Assembly (NCBI GenBank): GCA_903843285.1
Contig: CAIMPC010000057.1
Coordinates: 6,456-70,455 of the forward strand
Length of the DNA: 64,000 nt
From: Candidatus Omnitrophota bacterium
Lineage (GTDB): Bacteria > Omnitrophota > Gorgyraeia > 2-01-FULL-45-10
Reading direction: 5' to 3'
Below are positions 42,417 through 52,171 of this stretch, piece by piece. The notes below the pieces were generated by a model. It saw only the letters and a program-made list of their open reading frames with translations. It ran no database searches and had not been told where the DNA came from. Positions within the stretch are counted from its first letter, which is position 1. Each line of letters begins with the position of its first letter. A program made the position numbers and the translations under genes.

Positions 42417-43047
42417 TATAGATATCTTTGACCTTTTTAAACGGCAGACGATAGATAATATAATTGATTACAAAAGCACCCTGAAGCAGTTTTTCCAATT
42501 CGTGGCGCACGCCCATGAAGACCAAAGGCGTCTCACCTTCTTTCAAGGTGCTTTTAATTCTTTCGGAGATAAAGGCATCCCTCTGTTTCATCAATTTCGC
42601 GCCCTTTTCTCTATATTGATTAAGCGCGTCTCTATAGCTCTGTACGGAAGCGCCGGCCTTACCGATCAACCGGCTTAAGTTGTCATATTCTTCGATCAAT
42701 AAATTCGGGTCTTCGGTCCCTTCCAAGCTGGCGCCATTTTTCAGCAAATCCATGATCAGTCGGTGATTGCGACTGGCCTTTTGGGCTAAAGTTTCGGCTA
42801 TCTCTTTTTCCCTTCCGCAAACAGGCATGGCATCCTGATAGATCCGCATTGTCGGGTACGAGACATGCGTATTCTGAATTTTTTCATATATGCCATCCCA
42901 CATCTCCTTTACGGATTTCTCCTGTTCAGCGGATGAAGCATCGGCAGGCTTTTCGGATTCATCTCCTTTTAAGGAGAGAAGAATTTCGCCCGATTCCTTC
43001 TGAGTATGCAAAACGGGCACATATATCAGGGATCTGATATTATTCAT
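42409..43047 (-). CDS. Conserved hypothetical protein, TraB/ChaN-like fold suspected (paralog of 40954-41643)
   Basis: VPVLH, IYQDA, SRNH, LEGTED, RDAFISERI, FMGVRH. Confidence 0.75.
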   Translation of the reverse strand: MNNIRSLIYVPVLHTQKESGEILLSLKGDESEKPADASSAEQEKSVKEMWDGIYEKIQNTHVSYPTMRIYQDAMPVCGREKEIAETLAQKASRNHRLIMDLLKNGASLEGTEDPNLLIEEYDNLSRLIGKAGASVQSYRDALNQYREKGAKLMKQRDAFISERIKSTLKEGETPLVFMGVRHELEKLLQGAFVINYIIYRLPFKKVKDIYNV

Positions 43048-43426
43048 CCTTACCCTTAGAAGCAGCGGCGTCTTTTATTGTCATCATTACCGTTTCGTTA
43101 TTAAATGGCTTGGCCATATACTCATAAACATTCAGATCGGCGGCGTCTCTGATCGTCGCGGCATCACCGTATCCTGTGATAATAATTACTATAACACCGG
43201 GATCTTTTTTTCTGATACGGCGCAGAGTCTCTATACCATTTATTCCCGGCATCTTAAGATCCAGGAGGATGATATCGGGATCTCTCTTCTGGTTTATTTT
43301 TATTCCATCATATCCATTCTGTGCGGTAAAAACAGTATAGCCCTCGGGCTTTAGTATATTTTTAAAAAGCAAACACAGATCCTCCTCATCATCGATTATT
43401 AGAATTTTGGTTTTATTCACAGTCAT
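43040..43426 (-). CDS. Single-domain response regulator (REC)
   Basis: ILIIDDE, LLDLKMPGING, ITGYG, KPF. ATG 43426 has a GAGGAG RBS. Confidence 0.93.
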   Translation of the reverse strand: MTVNKTKILIIDDEEDLCLLFKNILKPEGYTVFTAQNGYDGIKINQKRDPDIILLDLKMPGINGIETLRRIRKKDPGVIVIIITGYGDAATIRDAADLNVYEYMAKPFNNETVMMTIKDAAASKGKDE

Positions 43427-43464
43427 TATATTTCTCCTCACTTATTATTTTTTCGATAAGCCAG

Positions 43465-43563
43465 TTAACCCTTTATACCTGGCATCACCATATCGATAAA
43501 CGCAATATCATATTCCTTTATCTTTACTTTTTCTATGGCTTTAGCCCAATCGCCATAACTCAT
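43465..43563 (-). pseudogene. Receiver-domain fragment
   Basis: MSYGDWAKAIEKVKIKEYDIAFIDMVMPGIKG* matches the central REC segment (DxxMPG) only. Confidence 0.55.
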
Positions 43564-43569
43564 CTTTTG

Positions 43570-45825
43570 TCATACAGAATCTGCCGCCCAGTGAGGAATC
43601 TTGATTATAAAAGAGGCGCCCTTATTTTTGCCGTCGCTTTTCGCTTCGATAGATCCTCCATGCCTTTTCATTATACTATAACTTATGGATAACCCAAGGC
43701 CGACGCCCTGGCCGGGTTCTCGGGTAGTAAAAAACGGATCAAATACACGAAGGACACTATCCTCTCCTATGCCTATGCCCGTATCCTTAAATTCGATCAG
43801 CGTGAAATCGCCTTCCGACCAAGTCCTTACGATGAGCTCCCCTCCGTCCGGCATGGCGTTCTGCGCGTTAGCGATGACATTTATAAATACCTGCATCATC
43901 TGATCCGTATCAATACTTACATTGCGCGAATTCTTTTCATATCTTTTAATGACTTTAATATTTTGAGCAATTGTCCGATATTCAACAAGCGCTAAGGCAT
44001 CATCTAAGAGACCGTCTATGTCGTGCTCCTGTCTATGGAGCTCTTTGGCCCTGGCGAAATTCAGAAGATTACTTATAATAACTTTGCATCGTTCGGCATT
44101 TTTTAAAACTATCTTTAGATCATGCGCTATTTTTTCCGGGGCAATTCTTTGATTCTTTAAATCCTGCAGCGTTGCCTCTGTAAAACCCACTATTCCGGCT
44201 AAGGGGTTATTAATCTCATGCGCCGCCCCGGCGCTAAGTTGGCCCAGAGATGCCAGTTTACTTGTCTGGAATAGCTGCTCCTGAGTCTCTTTCAGCATCT
44301 CATCCGCCTTCTTGCTCTCGGTGGTGTCGGTGAAAAATCCCACAAGGCACTTACGGCCGTCTAGTATTACCGGAGCAGCGCTGACGTTAGCGTAAAATAA
44401 AGCGCCATCTTTGCGCAAACACGGAAGGTAAAACGCTAACTTCTTTTCACCGCGCAACTGGGCCTCGAACTCTGCCCACGCCGTGCCTAAGAACTCCTTT
44501 GGATGAATATCCTCTACCCCTAAGCGTATTAATTCTTCTTCCGTGTATCCAAACATTCTGCACGCAGACGGGTTGACATAGCGGAATTGCCTCGTCTCAG
44601 AATCGGTCGCGACTATTCCCTCTGCGGCGCTGGCAAAAAGCGCCTTGTATTTGGTTTCTGATTCCCGCAGCGCCTCCTGCGCCTTCTTGCGCTCAGCAAT
44701 CTCTGTAATAAGGCTTTCGATGGAGGTAGTTGACTCCTTTAAATGTTGCGTCATTGTGTCGAATGCACGCGAGAGCTGTCCCGCCTCATCTTTTGTGCCG
44801 ATGTCCACCTTATGGTCTAAATTGCCGGTGCCAACTATTTCTATACCTTTGCGCAAGCGTCTAAGCGGTGCGGTGATTAGCCTGGCGATGAATATGCCTA
44901 ATAGCCAGCCGGCGATGGGCACGATAAATAAAATCATAAGAAAAACCATACTTACCTTAGCTAAAGGCGCAAATATCTCTTTCGCATCTATCTCGGCTAA
45001 GACCGTCCACTGCGTCTGGGGAATGCATTCATTTGCCCCCAGAACCTGCACGCCGCGATAATCCAGATAAAGACCCACCACTCCATTGTGCTCTCTGCCC
45101 TTATACAGCCTGTCTTGCCTTACATTCTCTGTTTCTATCTTTCGATTTAGGGCCGCGCCTTTTTCAAATTTGGACGGAGTGATCATGCATCCACGCTCAT
45201 TAACAATATAAATCTTGCCGGTCTTGCCCATACCGACTTCACTTGTGGTAATATTATTCAAATCCGTTAATCTCACTCTTGCCGTAAGCACGCCCAATAA
45301 TTCACCCGTCTGGCTTTCTAATATTGGCGCGGATACGGCCATTAAAGACTCTTTACGTTCTTCGGAATAATAGAGATCCTTGATGAAGACACCTTTTTGG
45401 GCGCCGAGAAAAATAGAATCCACGGATTTATCTAATCCGATACTGCTTTCGTTGCTTGCGGCTACTACCAAGCCCTTTTTATCCATAAGCAGAAATTCCG
45501 CTATCGCTGGGTTGGCCTCTTCAATCCTCCCAAGCCTTTTCATCGCCAACTTAAAGGCCTCATTGCGCTCAGGGCTTTCTTTATCGCTTATTTTTAGAGA
45601 ATCCTCCAAAATGCCGCTTTTTGATAATTGCTCCACATAAACGACCAGCATTTTAAGGTAGGTTTCGATGTGATCACATCGTGAACTAAGCACGCCGGAT
45701 AGATTAGTATATATAGACTTCTGCAGATTATTTTTCAAGGTTAAATAAAAGACGCTTCCCGCGATACTCATGAGAATTAGACTAACGATCAGAAATGAGA
45801 GGCTTATTTTATTTACAATCTTCAT
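43570..45825 (-). CDS. Membrane sensor histidine kinase (Cache-HAMP-PAS-HisKA-HATPase)
   Basis: Two TMs flanking a Cache-like domain, HAMP (DEAGQLSRAFDTM), PAS, AHEINNPL, FDPFFTT, GVGLGL. Confidence 0.95.
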   Translation of the reverse strand: MKIVNKISLSFLIVSLILMSIAGSVFYLTLKNNLQKSIYTNLSGVLSSRCDHIETYLKMLVVYVEQLSKSGILEDSLKISDKESPERNEAFKLAMKRLGRIEEANPAIAEFLLMDKKGLVVAASNESSIGLDKSVDSIFLGAQKGVFIKDLYYSEERKESLMAVSAPILESQTGELLGVLTARVRLTDLNNITTSEVGMGKTGKIYIVNERGCMITPSKFEKGAALNRKIETENVRQDRLYKGREHNGVVGLYLDYRGVQVLGANECIPQTQWTVLAEIDAKEIFAPLAKVSMVFLMILFIVPIAGWLLGIFIARLITAPLRRLRKGIEIVGTGNLDHKVDIGTKDEAGQLSRAFDTMTQHLKESTTSIESLITEIAERKKAQEALRESETKYKALFASAAEGIVATDSETRQFRYVNPSACRMFGYTEEELIRLGVEDIHPKEFLGTAWAEFEAQLRGEKKLAFYLPCLRKDGALFYANVSAAPVILDGRKCLVGFFTDTTESKKADEMLKETQEQLFQTSKLASLGQLSAGAAHEINNPLAGIVGFTEATLQDLKNQRIAPEKIAHDLKIVLKNAERCKVIISNLLNFARAKELHRQEHDIDGLLDDALALVEYRTIAQNIKVIKRYEKNSRNVSIDTDQMMQVFINVIANAQNAMPDGGELIVRTWSEGDFTLIEFKDTGIGIGEDSVLRVFDPFFTTREPGQGVGLGLSISYSIMKRHGGSIEAKSDGKNKGASFIIKIPHWAADSV

Positions 45826-45842
45826 AGAATTTTTTTAAGAAA

Positions 45843-45925
45843 TTAATACCCTTCATTTAATATCTCTTTTAATTTTTCTTTCAGGCGTTTCGGCTTAAAC
45901 AGCTTGAGGATATATCCATGGACTC
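45843..45925 (-). pseudogene. C-terminal receiver-domain remnant
   Basis: Translates as ...VHGYILKLFKPKRLKEKLKEILNEGY*, resembling REC beta5-alpha5. Confidence 0.35.
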
Positions 45926-45952
45926 TTTTGGAGCTCTCTATCAAAATGAGGC

Positions 45953-45992
45953 CTGGCCAGATTAGACCTCGCATCGGATCTAACCTGGCCAG
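45953..45992. terminator. Stem-loop immediately downstream of the last gvp gene (terminator or processing site)
   Basis: CTGGCCAGATTAGA / TCTAACCTGGCCAG 14-bp stem with one mismatch, followed by CATTTT on the minus strand. Confidence 0.45.
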
Positions 45993-45999
45993 ATCTGAC

Positions 46000-46305
46000 T
46001 TATTTCGCCTTTATCTTCGCTTCCAGATGATCTAATCTCTTTTTCAGCAGCACATTCTCTTTTGCTATCTCATTGTCCTTTGCTTTTGAAGACAGGTAGG
46101 AATCCTGCTGCCACCAATTTATCCCCATCTCCATTGCCTTATCAACTGAGGCGACCAATAACCTTATCTTAATATTGAGAAGATCAATATCGGCAATCTG
46201 GATCTTTATGTCCCCGGCGATCACGATCCCTTTATCTAATACCCGCTCTAAAATATCCGCCAGATTTGTAGCATCGTTGGCATGTATCATCTTTGTGTTA
46301 GGCAT
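46000..46305 (-). CDS. gvpJ: Gas vesicle protein GvpJ (GvpA family)
   Basis: LADILERVLDKGIVIAGDI...IRLLVASVDKA.EMGINWW. Confidence 0.9.
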   Translation of the reverse strand: MPNTKMIHANDATNLADILERVLDKGIVIAGDIKIQIADIDLLNIKIRLLVASVDKAMEMGINWWQQDSYLSSKAKDNEIAKENVLLKKRLDHLEAKIKAK

Positions 46306-46325
46306 AACACATTCTCCTTTTCTGT

Positions 46326-46592
46326 TTATGCTAGCTTTTTCACTTTTATAATTATATCCGCCGCCCTCTTGCGTAAGCTCGCTATATACCGGCAGTTTTC
46401 ACAATCAATGTTTGCGCTCTTATAGTCCTGGCAGGCAAGCAGTACATCCGCCTCTTTCCGCAGCTCTTCGGCAAATACCGCTTTTCCCACCACTCCCTCG
46501 ATCGCATTGATCTTATTCGTGATATCTTTTATCACCGCCTCCTGCTTTTGAAATATAGCACAGTTTACCTTAGCGCCGTCTTCACGATCCAT
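46326..46592 (-). CDS. Small Cys-containing hypothetical protein in the gvp operon
   Basis: ATG with GAGGAG RBS. Cys pattern C...C...CxxC (CENC). Confidence 0.65.
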   Translation of the reverse strand: MDREDGAKVNCAIFQKQEAVIKDITNKINAIEGVVGKAVFAEELRKEADVLLACQDYKSANIDCENCRYIASLRKRAADIIIKVKKLA

Positions 46593-46603
46593 ATTTTCTC
46601 CTC

Positions 46604-46939
46604 TCACATTAAATCTCCTAAGGGCCCTAAATTAATGTTCAATTCCTCATCCTTAAGCCCGAAGATCTCTTTCAAATCCTTCATTTTGTTCTCTAACTTC
46701 ATCAATGTTTCACCGATCCGCTCGACCTCCTCGTCGGTAAGAGAACCCGCCTCTACCCTTCTCATCGCCTGTTTTTCCATTAACTTCCGAATCAGTTCTA
46801 TGAGAGTAAGAACCAGCTTCGCCAATCCCTTCTCCACGTTTTCAGGATTTGCCTCGATCTTTTTAGGCAGCGCATCCTTAACTTTTTCCATCTCGCCGGC
46901 AAAAATCTCGAGAGAATCCGTCTCGATTGTTTTACTCAT
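46604..46939 (-). CDS. gvpK: Gas vesicle protein GvpK
   Basis: GLAKLVLTLIELIRKLMEKQAMRR...LNINLGPLG. Confidence 0.95.
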   Translation of the reverse strand: MSKTIETDSLEIFAGEMEKVKDALPKKIEANPENVEKGLAKLVLTLIELIRKLMEKQAMRRVEAGSLTDEEVERIGETLMKLENKMKDLKEIFGLKDEELNINLGPLGDLM

Positions 46940-47739
46940 AGCTGCCTACCATCCTTTTCTTCCGGATATTTGTGTTGCAATATAGTTTCGATCAAATCAG
47001 GCCCGCCAAACTTCCTATCCCCGGAATGACTTAACGTGATAAAATTATACGCCGGCCACGGGCCGCTGAGCATATACTTAAGATCTCCTCCGGAAGAGCG
47101 CAATTCCTCGAACGCTTCCATAAAGTCATCTTTCTTTTTCCTGTCCACCAGATAGGCGGCGCTTAGGAGCAGATTGTCGGTCTTTAATTTTTCGAGTTTT
47201 TTTTCGGAGACGTACCTGTTCAAAAACTCATCTACGATAGAGATGCATCTATCCGCCTCTTCTTCGAACTCTTTGTCTATCTTGTACTTTTCGAACTTCT
47301 CTTTCATGAATTTAGCTCCTGACTGCACGGCGTTCACCGGAGCGCTTTCGTCCTTATGGGCACTTGCTATTCTATCTTTTATGACATTGCCCGCCCAAAT
47401 AACCTTTATGCCGAATTCGCACTTACCGTACACCCGGTCTAAGTTCTCTGTAAAATCCTCATAATGATCTTTCACCCTTAAAAGCATCTCTTCTTTTCCT
47501 GCAAAAACCGTATATAGTCTCATCGGCAGAACGGTGAATCTGTCCATCAGCGCTTCCACGATTTCCTCGTGCTTTAAAACAGACTCTTCGGTTTTGATTT
47601 GGACCTGGGGATCGAGATTACTCACCACTATTCCGATATCGCGATAAGGGATACTATAAATAGGGGCCTCGCATAGTCCCTTATTGGATTCGTCCATCTC
47701 CTTATTAGAATCGATTATGGCATAGACATATAATCTCAT
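46936..47739 (-). CDS. Gas vesicle protein GvpL/GvpF family
   Basis: LYVYAI, HEEIVE, VLPMR, EFGIKV, SGPWPAYNF. Confidence 0.92.
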   Translation of the reverse strand: MRLYVYAIIDSNKEMDESNKGLCEAPIYSIPYRDIGIVVSNLDPQVQIKTEESVLKHEEIVEALMDRFTVLPMRLYTVFAGKEEMLLRVKDHYEDFTENLDRVYGKCEFGIKVIWAGNVIKDRIASAHKDESAPVNAVQSGAKFMKEKFEKYKIDKEFEEEADRCISIVDEFLNRYVSEKKLEKLKTDNLLLSAAYLVDRKKKDDFMEAFEELRSSGGDLKYMLSGPWPAYNFITLSHSGDRKFGGPDLIETILQHKYPEEKDGRQL

Positions 47740-47742
47740 CTT

Positions 47743-47994
47743 TTACGTCGGCTCCTCGGTTGCGCCAGGCATAGGAGCTCCTCTTAAGTGCTCCATCGTC
47801 TCTACTGAGCTCAAGAGAACCCTTAATCCTAAATATACAAGATCCACATCAGCTACGGAAATAACTATATCTCCGGATATGACTACGCCCTTTGTCAGAG
47901 CCCTATCCAGGATCTCTAAAAGCGTGACCCTTTCCTTCTTACGAAGATCTAAATAGCTTTTCTTATCCTGCGTGGTTTTTATCGGATTATCCAT
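47743..47994 (-). CDS. Gas vesicle protein GvpA/J/S family (minor structural)
   Basis: TLLEILDRALTKGVVISGDIVISVADVDLVYLGLRVLLSSVET. Start reset to ATG 47994. Confidence 0.9.
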   Translation of the reverse strand: MDNPIKTTQDKKSYLDLRKKERVTLLEILDRALTKGVVISGDIVISVADVDLVYLGLRVLLSSVETMEHLRGAPMPGATEEPT

Positions 47995-48115
47995 CGTGCA
48001 TCCTTTTATTGTAGGGCAGGCTTTAACTTGTCCCACTATCTAATAACCCGAACTGTAGCGCACATTTAAAGATGCGCCACTTCTCACTACATTGAGAGTT
48101 TACAAAAAAAGAAGG

Positions 48116-48919
48116 TTAAATCTGACTTACCTGCTTACAGAAATTATAAGGCGGCCAGGGGCCCGTGCAGTCAAATATCAGCCCCTTATCCGCATATTTA
48201 GCCTTGAGACATGATATAACATTTTCAAACTCTTTGATCCGCTTGCTGCTTATCAAAAACGCGGCGTTTAACACCATATCCTCTTTCTTTTCCGTTACCT
48301 CTTTAGGTAATATATTATTAATCTTAGCATTCACAGCGACTATTTTTAATCTTTCAAAACAGTCCTTTGTGTATTCAGAGATCTTTTCGTTAATGATATC
48401 TTTTACTATCTCTTCCTTTTTCTTCTTTAAAAAGAATGCCTTGCCCGGGCCGGCGGCGAGAATTTCTTTGTCTTGCGCTATGATCCGTTCGTTCTTTGAG
48501 CAAAGGGTATCTTTAAAATATTCACTGCTACAGTATATCTTAAGGCCCCGCTCCTCTTTACCCTCCAGAAAATCCAGCACAGTCTTAAACTCGAGATTAT
48601 TTGCTTTAAGCAATTTTTCTACATTCGCTTTGCACTCAAAAACCGTACCGAATTTAAAAGGCAGCACGGTTTGCTCTTTCATGATCTTCTCTATCACCTT
48701 CTCGTGAAGCCGGATATTTCTCTCCACCCAACTCATGTCGGTCAGATGCCTTTTTAGATTTATCTCACTAAAGTCTTCGGGCGAGACGCTGCTGATAACC
48801 GCGTAAGTCCCCTGAAAATAAACAAGCTCGACCTTAACCCCTAAATCCGCAAAATCATAAGATGGAAGACTATCCTTTGTAACACAGTACAAATAGAGGA
48901 GCTCTTTCACCGCGATCAT
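48116..48919 (-). CDS. Gas vesicle protein GvpL/GvpF family
   Basis: LYLYCV, HEKVIE, VLPFKFGT, TGPWPPYNF. Confidence 0.92.
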   Translation of the reverse strand: MIAVKELLYLYCVTKDSLPSYDFADLGVKVELVYFQGTYAVISSVSPEDFSEINLKRHLTDMSWVERNIRLHEKVIEKIMKEQTVLPFKFGTVFECKANVEKLLKANNLEFKTVLDFLEGKEERGLKIYCSSEYFKDTLCSKNERIIAQDKEILAAGPGKAFFLKKKKEEIVKDIINEKISEYTKDCFERLKIVAVNAKINNILPKEVTEKKEDMVLNAAFLISSKRIKEFENVISCLKAKYADKGLIFDCTGPWPPYNFCKQVSQI

Positions 48920-49179
48920 TCTCCCGGGCTAAGAGTCCCTTTGCGCTCGTAGGATTCTACCTCCAGGTCACCGCTTAGTTTAAGGGCGTATATATTCCTG
49001 TCCTGCACTTTCGTAGAAAGCCCGAGAGACTTGATAAATGAACTCGCTTCAAAAACCTCTGCTTCACATTCCCACCCATCGCCAACCTTTGAGACCTTGA
49101 TCACTGTTACGTCCTTGACGCTGAGGGTCTTCCTTAAAAAATCTATAACCTCTTTTTTCGCACCTTCTATATTGGCCAT
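48916..49179 (-). CDS. gvpO: Gas vesicle protein GvpO-like
   Basis: GWECEAEVFE...IYALKL...VESYER pattern and position in the gvp cluster. Confidence 0.75.
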   Translation of the reverse strand: MANIEGAKKEVIDFLRKTLSVKDVTVIKVSKVGDGWECEAEVFEASSFIKSLGLSTKVQDRNIYALKLSGDLEVESYERKGTLSPGE

Positions 49180-49181
49180 TT

Positions 49182-49424
49182 CTATTCTCCCTCTTCCTCT
49201 TTTGCTTTTCTGATAGCGTCCAATCGCGCCAAAAGTTCCGCTTCCTGTTTATTAAACTCTTGCTCATTGATCTTATCCAGCTCAAATCGCATCTGTAGTT
49301 CCATAAGTTTCTCTTTTATGAGCCCTTCATCAGAAAATTCCTTTTCCACCACATTATCGATCTTTTTAGCCAGCCAAATTATGCCATTTAATGGCGCGAG
49401 TAATATATCATCCAGTAAAAACAT
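49182..49424 (-). CDS. gvpG: Gas vesicle protein GvpG
   Basis: LLAPLNGIIWLA...LMELQMRFELDKINEQEF...EAELLARL. Confidence 0.92.
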   Translation of the reverse strand: MFLLDDILLAPLNGIIWLAKKIDNVVEKEFSDEGLIKEKLMELQMRFELDKINEQEFNKQEAELLARLDAIRKAKEEEGE

Positions 49425-49425
49425 T

Positions 49426-50196
49426 TTAGTATCCCATCGTTTCGATCACGAGGTTCACAAAATTAAAGGGAGGCAGTGTTCCCACATATTTAAATTTTAT
49501 CTTGTCATCATATTTATCCGCGAGGATCTGAACATTCCGGTCAAATTCCGTTTCATTCGCATTCTCTACCAGAAATGCGGCGCTTATGATCATCAGCTCA
49601 CCATAAGGATTGTTGACCTTCGTATCTTTCGCCAAAGGCGATAGCGTCTCTAAAATCTCCTTCTTGTACATATCCTTCTGTTCCTGCAGGGCGGCTTCGA
49701 CTTTCCTGCCGGCCTCCATACGCAGATAGTAGGTCTTTGCCGGCGGCTCGGATGACAACGCTTTTTTAATTTTCTTAATATCTTCGTAATTCTCCGCTAT
49801 CTCTTTATATATTACGTCTTCCTTGAATATAGCGCGTAAACCCAGTTCTTTTTTACCTTCTATATTTTTTAGCATGCCGGTAAATTTATCATGCTCTTTT
49901 TCCAATATCTTTTTTACTTTATTTTCATCCTGGGCAATGGTGCAAAATCGTACCGGCAAAACCGTATATTTTTTCATTATCTCCTCTATCGCCTTCTCAT
50001 GGGCAAGCATATTCTCTCTCGAGACTGCATAGCTTATTATCGGAGAATTACTGACTACGGCCGCGATATCCTTATAAAGGATGGAATGCAGTTCATCACC
50101 TCGTCCGCCAATCCCGAGAGCTCCAAAGGATTCGGCCTCTTTTGACGCGATAATACAATATATATACTTACCTTCTTTTCCTGCAGTATCCTTCAT
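49426..50196 (-). CDS. Gas vesicle protein GvpF/GvpL family
   Basis: GKYIYCII, HEKAIE, VLPVRF, ELGL, LPPFNF. Confidence 0.93.
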   Translation of the reverse strand: MKDTAGKEGKYIYCIIASKEAESFGALGIGGRGDELHSILYKDIAAVVSNSPIISYAVSRENMLAHEKAIEEIMKKYTVLPVRFCTIAQDENKVKKILEKEHDKFTGMLKNIEGKKELGLRAIFKEDVIYKEIAENYEDIKKIKKALSSEPPAKTYYLRMEAGRKVEAALQEQKDMYKKEILETLSPLAKDTKVNNPYGELMIISAAFLVENANETEFDRNVQILADKYDDKIKFKYVGTLPPFNFVNLVIETMGY

Positions 50197-50970
50197 CTAC
50201 TTCTCCCACTCCTCAGGATATATAACGATATTGACGAAGTTAAATACGGGTAAAGGTCCCGTATACATAAATTTCACTCTTCTCCCATGCTGTTCGCCCA
50301 GATCGCACATTATATTATCAAACTCTTTCTCCCTGCCTTTATCCACCAAAAACGCGGCGTTCATGAACATCTCATCGCCCACAGTCTTATTGAGCTTATG
50401 ATCAAAGGCTGTCCTCCTCAGCGCTTCTACAATGCCTTCAGCCTCTTTATCTTTCTTCTTTTCCAGAGCCCTCTCCACCATCTTACCTATTTCATTTTTG
50501 GCCTGAATATTTTTTTTACTATTATCTTTCAGAAGCTTCTTTTTTAACAGCTCAATCGCTTTATTCTCATCTACAATTTCTTTGAATATAGCGGGCATAT
50601 TATTCCATATGCCTTTAACACCCAATTCTACTTTATGATCCACGTCACGTAACGCACTCTTAAACTCTCTGTATCTTTTGCTTAGGAGATTTCTTATTTC
50701 ATCGGCGTTTGACGCGATAGTCCCGAACCTTACCGGAAGCACACCGTCAAACTCCTTCATCACTGCCTCGATCACCCGTTCATGTGTAAGCATATTCTCT
50801 GAGTTAACGGTTAATTTAGATAGAGGGTGACTGCTCACGACCATGCTTATGTCGTCATAGCCTATGGTTGAGACATCGTCACCTCTTTCACCTATTCCTA
50901 TAGGCCCGAAACTTCTCTCCTGCGACGAAGCTATAACGCAATATATATACCGTCCTTCCTTCTGTATCAT
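50197..50970 (-). CDS. Gas vesicle protein GvpF/GvpL family
   Basis: GRYIYCVI, HERVIE, VLPVRFGT, ELGVK, GPLPVFNF. Confidence 0.93.
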   Translation of the reverse strand: MIQKEGRYIYCVIASSQERSFGPIGIGERGDDVSTIGYDDISMVVSSHPLSKLTVNSENMLTHERVIEAVMKEFDGVLPVRFGTIASNADEIRNLLSKRYREFKSALRDVDHKVELGVKGIWNNMPAIFKEIVDENKAIELLKKKLLKDNSKKNIQAKNEIGKMVERALEKKKDKEAEGIVEALRRTAFDHKLNKTVGDEMFMNAAFLVDKGREKEFDNIMCDLGEQHGRRVKFMYTGPLPVFNFVNIVIYPEEWEK

Positions 50971-52019
50971 TCTCTTACCCTCACCAATATAGGATCGTTA
51001 TTTTGACCTGCCTGCCCGACTGATAATGCTGCATCGGTCAGGCGGGCCTGGTTAAGAGCCGTGCAGTATTCTGTAAGTATTCTGTATGCCCTGTTCACCT
51101 CATCAAATTCTTTTCCGGCGCTGAATGAACCCGGGTTTCTGTCCGGGTGAGTGAAAACCGCCTGCCTCTGATAGGCTTTTTTGACCTCGTCCTTGCTTGT
51201 AATATCGCTTAAGATCCCCAGCCTTTTCTTCGCCCAACCTATATCTTCATTACTTATACTATTCGTCTCGAGGGTATAAAAGCTATAAGGCGGAAGAGGG
51301 CCGATGCACCTGAAATTCAGTCGTTCATTGAATTTGATATTTAGCTCTTCCACCTTCATATCAAAGTCTTTATGCTTAGCTTTATCAATTAGAAAAGCTA
51401 TATTAATTACCATCTTATCATCCATGGGCTCATGTACTTTTAAGGCCTGGCTTACGCTTTTAAGGGTATCTTGTATCTGCTTAGAATACAACTCCCTATC
51501 TCTATCCAACGCGTCTTTGACCATAAGCCCAATCTTCATCTGGTCATCCACGGTTACGCCTCCGGGTGAGGATAAAAGCCGATCCTTAAATTCCCGGATC
51601 TCCTTGCTTTCCCCTATTCCTTTAATGATCGAATAGAAGTCACCCCAAATGGCCGTTACGTCAATCTCGATCCTGTCAGATATTTTAGTGAAGACATCTT
51701 TAATTACAGTATAACCGCATGCCAATATATGTTTAACCTCATCCTCATCTTTGGCAAAGATCCCCAACCTCATAGGAATGATTGTATGGTTCAAACTCAT
51801 GATCTTTTCGATAGCCTTTTGATGTCTCACTAAAAACATAGCTAAAACGTCTTTGCGCATCCGCGTATAATCAACTATTTCAGAATCGCTCACTACAGCC
51901 GAAATATCCCGATAAGAAACGGTATAGACCTCTTCGCAGTCAGTAACCCCGTAAGAGCCAAAGAATACCTCTTTATCAGAATTTAAAACTCCGTAAATAT
52001 ATTTACCGCTATATTTCAT
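50967..52019 (-). CDS. GvpF/L-family protein fused to a C-terminal DnaJ J-domain
   Basis: GKYIYG...GPLPPYSF followed by LGI...EVKKAY...HPDRNP...FDEVNRAYRIL. Confidence 0.9.
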   Translation of the reverse strand: MKYSGKYIYGVLNSDKEVFFGSYGVTDCEEVYTVSYRDISAVVSDSEIVDYTRMRKDVLAMFLVRHQKAIEKIMSLNHTIIPMRLGIFAKDEDEVKHILACGYTVIKDVFTKISDRIEIDVTAIWGDFYSIIKGIGESKEIREFKDRLLSSPGGVTVDDQMKIGLMVKDALDRDRELYSKQIQDTLKSVSQALKVHEPMDDKMVINIAFLIDKAKHKDFDMKVEELNIKFNERLNFRCIGPLPPYSFYTLETNSISNEDIGWAKKRLGILSDITSKDEVKKAYQRQAVFTHPDRNPGSFSAGKEFDEVNRAYRILTEYCTALNQARLTDAALSVGQAGQNNDPILVRVRE

Positions 52020-52082
52020 GATACCTGTCTTTCAATGCGTGATTCAATTTCACTCGACATCCATAAAAGGCCTAAGCTATTT

Positions 52083-52169
52083 TTATTCCGGAGTTTTCGT
52101 CTTTTTCCTTAGTACGCCGACTAATAATTTCTTAAAACTGTCCACCAAACCCTTGATTAGGCTTGCCAT
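52083..52169 (-). CDS. Putative 28-aa cationic amphipathic peptide
   Basis: ATG 2 nt after the Cdc48 stop, with GGGAGG RBS. Sequence MASLIKGLVDSFKKLLVGVLRKKTKTPE*. Confidence 0.5.
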   Translation of the reverse strand: MASLIKGLVDSFKKLLVGVLRKKTKTPE

Positions 52170-52171
52170 GC

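Noticed and set aside
48011-48080. GTAG-headed imperfect hairpins in a gvp intergenic gap
   Set aside because: Probably degenerate GTAG-type REPs, too decayed to support as a feature.
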